Origin: a virus
Lineage: Duplodnaviria; Caudoviricetes
Direction: 5' to 3' (one strand)
Virus record (IMG/VR): IMGVR_UViG_3300032292_000909
Span: 1-40,795 of that record
DNA: 40,795 bases
In this document: positions 37,750-40,795 of the stretch, in pieces
Position numbering within the stretch: position 1 is the stretch's first letter
Layout: every line of letters starts with the position of its first letter
Position numbers and translations under genes: made by a program
Notes under the pieces: generated by a model
What the model was told of the DNA's origin: nothing
Database searches by the model: none
What the model saw: the letters and a program-made list of their open reading frames with translations, nothing else

Positions 37750-38843
37750 TGCTGACACTGTGTGTTGGTGACGGTGATGGATCCTTGTCTGCACATGCCC
37801 ACCAACTGGGATCTTCTGCACAACTGTTGGTTAAAAGTAATTTTAAACAATTTTTAGATCAAAAATACAATCTCTGGTATACAAGTCTGGCAGATTTAGA
37901 AGATCTAGAATTGTTTGAACAAGCAATAGTCACAGCAGAAACAATTTACTACTTTCCCCCGGACCAATGGAGTCATGCCTCCATTCAACCCATCACCGAA
38001 CATTTACTGTTTAAATACGCCCATTACAAAAATATCAAAAACTTCAATGTTCAATCATCGGATCCCTTGAATATTTTTGCAGCAGTATCCAATCGTAACG
38101 GAGTAGAGAATCAACTCTGGGCCGTGGGCTGTGGATGCACCTCCGGTGAGGGACTCTCCAGTCGACTCTGGGCAGTGGGAGACAGTTTTACATCTGGTGT
38201 CGGAGTTGAACAGGATCAACGCTGGGGAGTGCTACTGGCACAACAGTTGGAGATGTCGGTGAGCTTTTTAGCACACCCCGGAGGTAGCATTGACTGGCAA
38301 GCTCGGCAAATTCTCAGTGCTGACTTGGTTGCCGGAGATATAGTGTGTTGGTTGATGCCCAGTATCAACCGTTATGAGTTTACCAATAACTTTGTTGTAG
38401 ATCCCAATCACTTTGAATTTTTCAATCTTGGCGCCTACGAAGAAAAAACCAATTGGGTGCCAAACTTTCTTCTTGATCGATCGTTGATCAAAAAAGTATT
38501 CCCGGTGCTGCACGATGTTGCTGATTACAAAGAAAACTTGCACTGGTTTGTACGGCATCAGTTTCCCTACCAAATTATTGTGGAGCATTTGCATTGGATC
38601 AAACAAGCACAGCATCGGTGCACTGAGATTGGTGCCAAACTCTATGTTCTTACGCAAAAGGTCATGGGTGATGATTGTCAAGAAGGTATTTTTGATTTTT
38701 ACCTACGACAACTCATTCCCAATTATCTAGGAAAATTTGACTATGGGTATAGCGATTTTCCTGACTTAGGTGACGATCAGGTACACCCAGGGCCGTACAC
38801 CCATCAACTCTATGCCACTAAGTTTTGCCAAGTAATCAAATGA
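37749..38843 (+). CDS. SGNH-fold protein with N-terminal extension and duplicated block I
   Basis: AVGDSFTSGVG block I, PGGS block II, DQVHPGPYTH (DxxH). Start at 37749 via TAATG overlap, with GGAGG upstream. Confidence 0.7.
   Translation: MLTLCVGDGDGSLSAHAHQLGSSAQLLVKSNFKQFLDQKYNLWYTSLADLEDLELFEQAIVTAETIYYFPPDQWSHASIQPITEHLLFKYAHYKNIKNFNVQSSDPLNIFAAVSNRNGVENQLWAVGCGCTSGEGLSSRLWAVGDSFTSGVGVEQDQRWGVLLAQQLEMSVSFLAHPGGSIDWQARQILSADLVAGDIVCWLMPSINRYEFTNNFVVDPNHFEFFNLGAYEEKTNWVPNFLLDRSLIKKVFPVLHDVADYKENLHWFVRHQFPYQIIVEHLHWIKQAQHRCTEIGAKLYVLTQKVMGDDCQEGIFDFYLRQLIPNYLGKFDYGYSDFPDLGDDQVHPGPYTHQLYATKFCQVIK
38112..38213 (+). repeat. Degenerate 51-bp tandem duplication (2 x 17 aa)
   Basis: QLWAVGCGCTSGEGLSS / RLWAVGDSFTSGVGVEQ. 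DNA actctgggccgtggg vs actctgggcagtggg, 51 nt apart. Confidence 0.8.
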
Positions 38844-38847
38844 TGGC

Positions 38848-38877
38848 TTGACTTGTTGGCAGAAGTGTGTGTATAAT
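38848..38877 (+). promoter_or_regulatory. Sigma70-type promoter for gp47, near-leaderless
   Basis: TTGACT-N18-TATAAT, 8 nt before the ATG at 38886, no Shine-Dalgarno sequence. Confidence 0.65.
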
Positions 38878-38885
38878 TGACAACT

Positions 38886-39899
38886 ATGAATCTATTTAAA
38901 AAAGCAGTAGTATTCACCGACATCCACTTTGGCCTGAAATCAAACAGTCAAACTCACAATGACGACTGTTTGTCTTTTGTCAAATGGGCAACCAAACTAG
39001 CAAAGGAAAACAACTGTGAAACAGCTATGTTTCTTGGAGACTGGCATAATCATCGTGCTAGTATCAACATTGTCACTCTTAACTATAGTCTCCGTGCTCT
39101 GGAACATCTCAACGACAACTTCAATCGTGTGTTTTTCATTCCTGGCAATCACGACTTATATTATCGCGACAAGCGTGATATCCAAAGTGTTGAGTGGGCT
39201 AAACATTTACCGAATGTGGTCATTTGTAATGATTGGCTACACGATGGTGATGTTATTGTGGCCCCTTGGTTAGTGGGTGACGACTACAAACGCATACCAA
39301 AATTATCAGCCAAGTACATGTTTGGGCATTTTGAACTACCACATTTTAAAATGAATGCCATGGTTGAAATGCCGGATCATGGTGAAATCAAACGCGAAGA
39401 CTTTGGTGGCATTGGTCATGTGTTCTCTGGCCACTTCCACAAACGTCAAACTTACAAGAACATCACCTACATTGGCAACTGCTTTCCGCACAACTTTGCC
39501 GACAACTTTGACGACGAGCGCGGCGCAATGATCATTGAATGGGGCAAAGAACCCGAGTATCATGCCTGGCCTGATCAACCTCGCTATCGTGTGTTGAGAC
39601 TGTCAGATGTCATTAACAATGCTCCAACTGTGCTGGCCAAGAACATGCACGTTAGAGTTGAGCTTGACATAGACATCAGCTACGAAGAAGCAAACTTTAT
39701 CAAAGAAACATTTATCAAAGACTATCACTTACGTGAGATGGCCCTGATTCCCAACAAGAGTGCTGCCATAGATGTTGACATGGCACCTGGTGAAATAAAA
39801 TTTGAGTCAGTTGATCAAATTGTTGTTGATCAAATCACCAATATTGAATCTGAATTTTACGATTCAAAGTTACTGTTAAAAATTTATCAAGAACTCTAA
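38886..39899 (+). CDS. gp47: Recombination endonuclease subunit, T4 gp47 / Mre11-SbcD-like
   Basis: Metallophosphoesterase motifs DIHFG, GDWH, GNHD, GHFE, SGHFH. Start taken at ATG 38886 (MNLFKK). Confidence 0.92.
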   Translation: MNLFKKAVVFTDIHFGLKSNSQTHNDDCLSFVKWATKLAKENNCETAMFLGDWHNHRASINIVTLNYSLRALEHLNDNFNRVFFIPGNHDLYYRDKRDIQSVEWAKHLPNVVICNDWLHDGDVIVAPWLVGDDYKRIPKLSAKYMFGHFELPHFKMNAMVEMPDHGEIKREDFGGIGHVFSGHFHKRQTYKNITYIGNCFPHNFADNFDDERGAMIIEWGKEPEYHAWPDQPRYRVLRLSDVINNAPTVLAKNMHVRVELDIDISYEEANFIKETFIKDYHLREMALIPNKSAAIDVDMAPGEIKFESVDQIVVDQITNIESEFYDSKLLLKIYQEL

Positions 39900-39900
39900 T

Positions 39901-40641
39901 ATGATTGTATACAGTAATTCCTGCAGTCCCGGGCTGCCTGGACAAGGGCATAGCATTTATCCTGAGATGGTGGCCAAAGATCTTGGCGCCGAACTTGTGT
40001 ACGGCGGCACTGAAGGATCAACTAATCGTAGAATTTTTAGAACATCTGTTAGGGATCTTATAGAGTGTCAAGCAAGAGATCCAGACATAGTGGTGTTGAT
40101 TGGTATGACGTTCTTGGCCCGCAATGAACTCTGGCAACCTTGGCTGCCGGCCAATGGCAATGATGGTCACTTTCACACTGTTGAAGTTGATCACAAACAG
40201 ATTGATTGGAGCATCAAAGGGCTCATTGATACCATTGTACCAGATATTCACAAGTTAGCCGATCGGCGAGTCAAAGACTTTTATCGTGAATGGCTGATAC
40301 ATTATCATTCCGAGGCCGCAGTCACAGAGTTACTCACAGACATGTTGATGTTTGCCGGCTGGTGTCGCAGTCGTGAGATTCGATACTTAATTTTTATAAA
40401 CCCAGACAAGTTTCCCGAAGATAGTAAAGTAGGATACAACAGTCCCTTTTTATCTAGTTTTATGTCCGAAGCCGAGGCAGATCCTTATATTTTGGAACCT
40501 TGGAACTTCTCTATGAATAGACTTGTGTTGGGAAAGGGATTAAAATTAAAAGACGAAGCAAGTTTACGGCATCATGGCCATCCCGACGAACAAGGACATA
40601 GAGTATTTGCTGATTATCTCTTGGAAAAACTAAAACAATGA
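39901..40641 (+). CDS. SGNH-fold protein
   Basis: YSNSCS block I variant, GSTNRRIFR block II, C-terminal HGHPDEQGHRVFADYL. Confidence 0.65.
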   Translation: MIVYSNSCSPGLPGQGHSIYPEMVAKDLGAELVYGGTEGSTNRRIFRTSVRDLIECQARDPDIVVLIGMTFLARNELWQPWLPANGNDGHFHTVEVDHKQIDWSIKGLIDTIVPDIHKLADRRVKDFYREWLIHYHSEAAVTELLTDMLMFAGWCRSREIRYLIFINPDKFPEDSKVGYNSPFLSSFMSEAEADPYILEPWNFSMNRLVLGKGLKLKDEASLRHHGHPDEQGHRVFADYLLEKLKQ

Positions 40642-40795
40642 TTCAACTTCAAAATCTCACAGTTAAAAATTTCATGAGCGTAGGCAATGCCACACAGGCA
40701 GTTGACTTCAATCGCCGTGATCTCACATTGGTACTGGGAGAAAATCTTGACCTAGGTGGGGATGGATCTAGAAACGGCACTGGCAAGACCACTAT
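40638..40795 (+). CDS. gp46: Recombination ATPase subunit, T4 gp46 / Rad50-SbcC-like (5' part; not in ORF track)
   Basis: MIQLQNLTVKNFMSVGNATQAVDFNRRDLTLVLGENLDLGGDGSRNGTGKTT contains KNFMSVGN and the Walker A NGTGKTT. ATGA overlap. Confidence 0.92.
   Translation, partial: MIQLQNLTVKNFMSVGNATQAVDFNRRDLTLVLGENLDLGGDGSRNGTGKTT

Noticed and set aside
1558-40251. Numerous 60-156 aa ORFs antisense or out of frame within long genes (e.g. 7055-7510, 35827-36297, 36326-36757, 38268-38681)
   Set aside because: They are shadows of well-supported genes, with no motifs or expression signals.
1-40795. CRISPR arrays, tRNAs, rRNA, transposases
   Set aside because: Intergenic gaps are short (the largest is about 110 bp) and no such patterns were seen.

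Overview
This is a segment of a large T4-like (myovirus-type) dsDNA phage genome, read in the standard genetic code. No tRNA, rRNA, CRISPR array or mobile element was recognised. Minus strand 6147-36762 is a tail/baseplate block: a gp48/54-like tube initiator, gp53-like wedge, gp27-like hub that appears split over two ORFs, gp5/VgrG-like spike, gp25, gp6, a 4744-aa giant structural protein, and fibre-like proteins. Several of these genes sit behind TAAATA late-promoter motifs. Minus strand 1-6076 is a tightly coupled operon with its own sigma70-type promoter, encoding four glycosyltransferase-like proteins, two SGNH-fold proteins and a Twitch-domain radical SAM enzyme. It is a candidate glycan-building and tailoring system. 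Plus strand 36871-40795 carries gp55 (late sigma factor), gp47 (Mre11-like) and the start of gp46 (Rad50-like), with an SGNH-fold gene inserted between each pair. Three real genes missing from the ORF track were found by hand: the radical SAM gene (1-569), a 51-aa micro-ORF (9178-9333) and gp46 (40638-end). All family assignments rest on motif recognition by eye and gene order; no database search was run.
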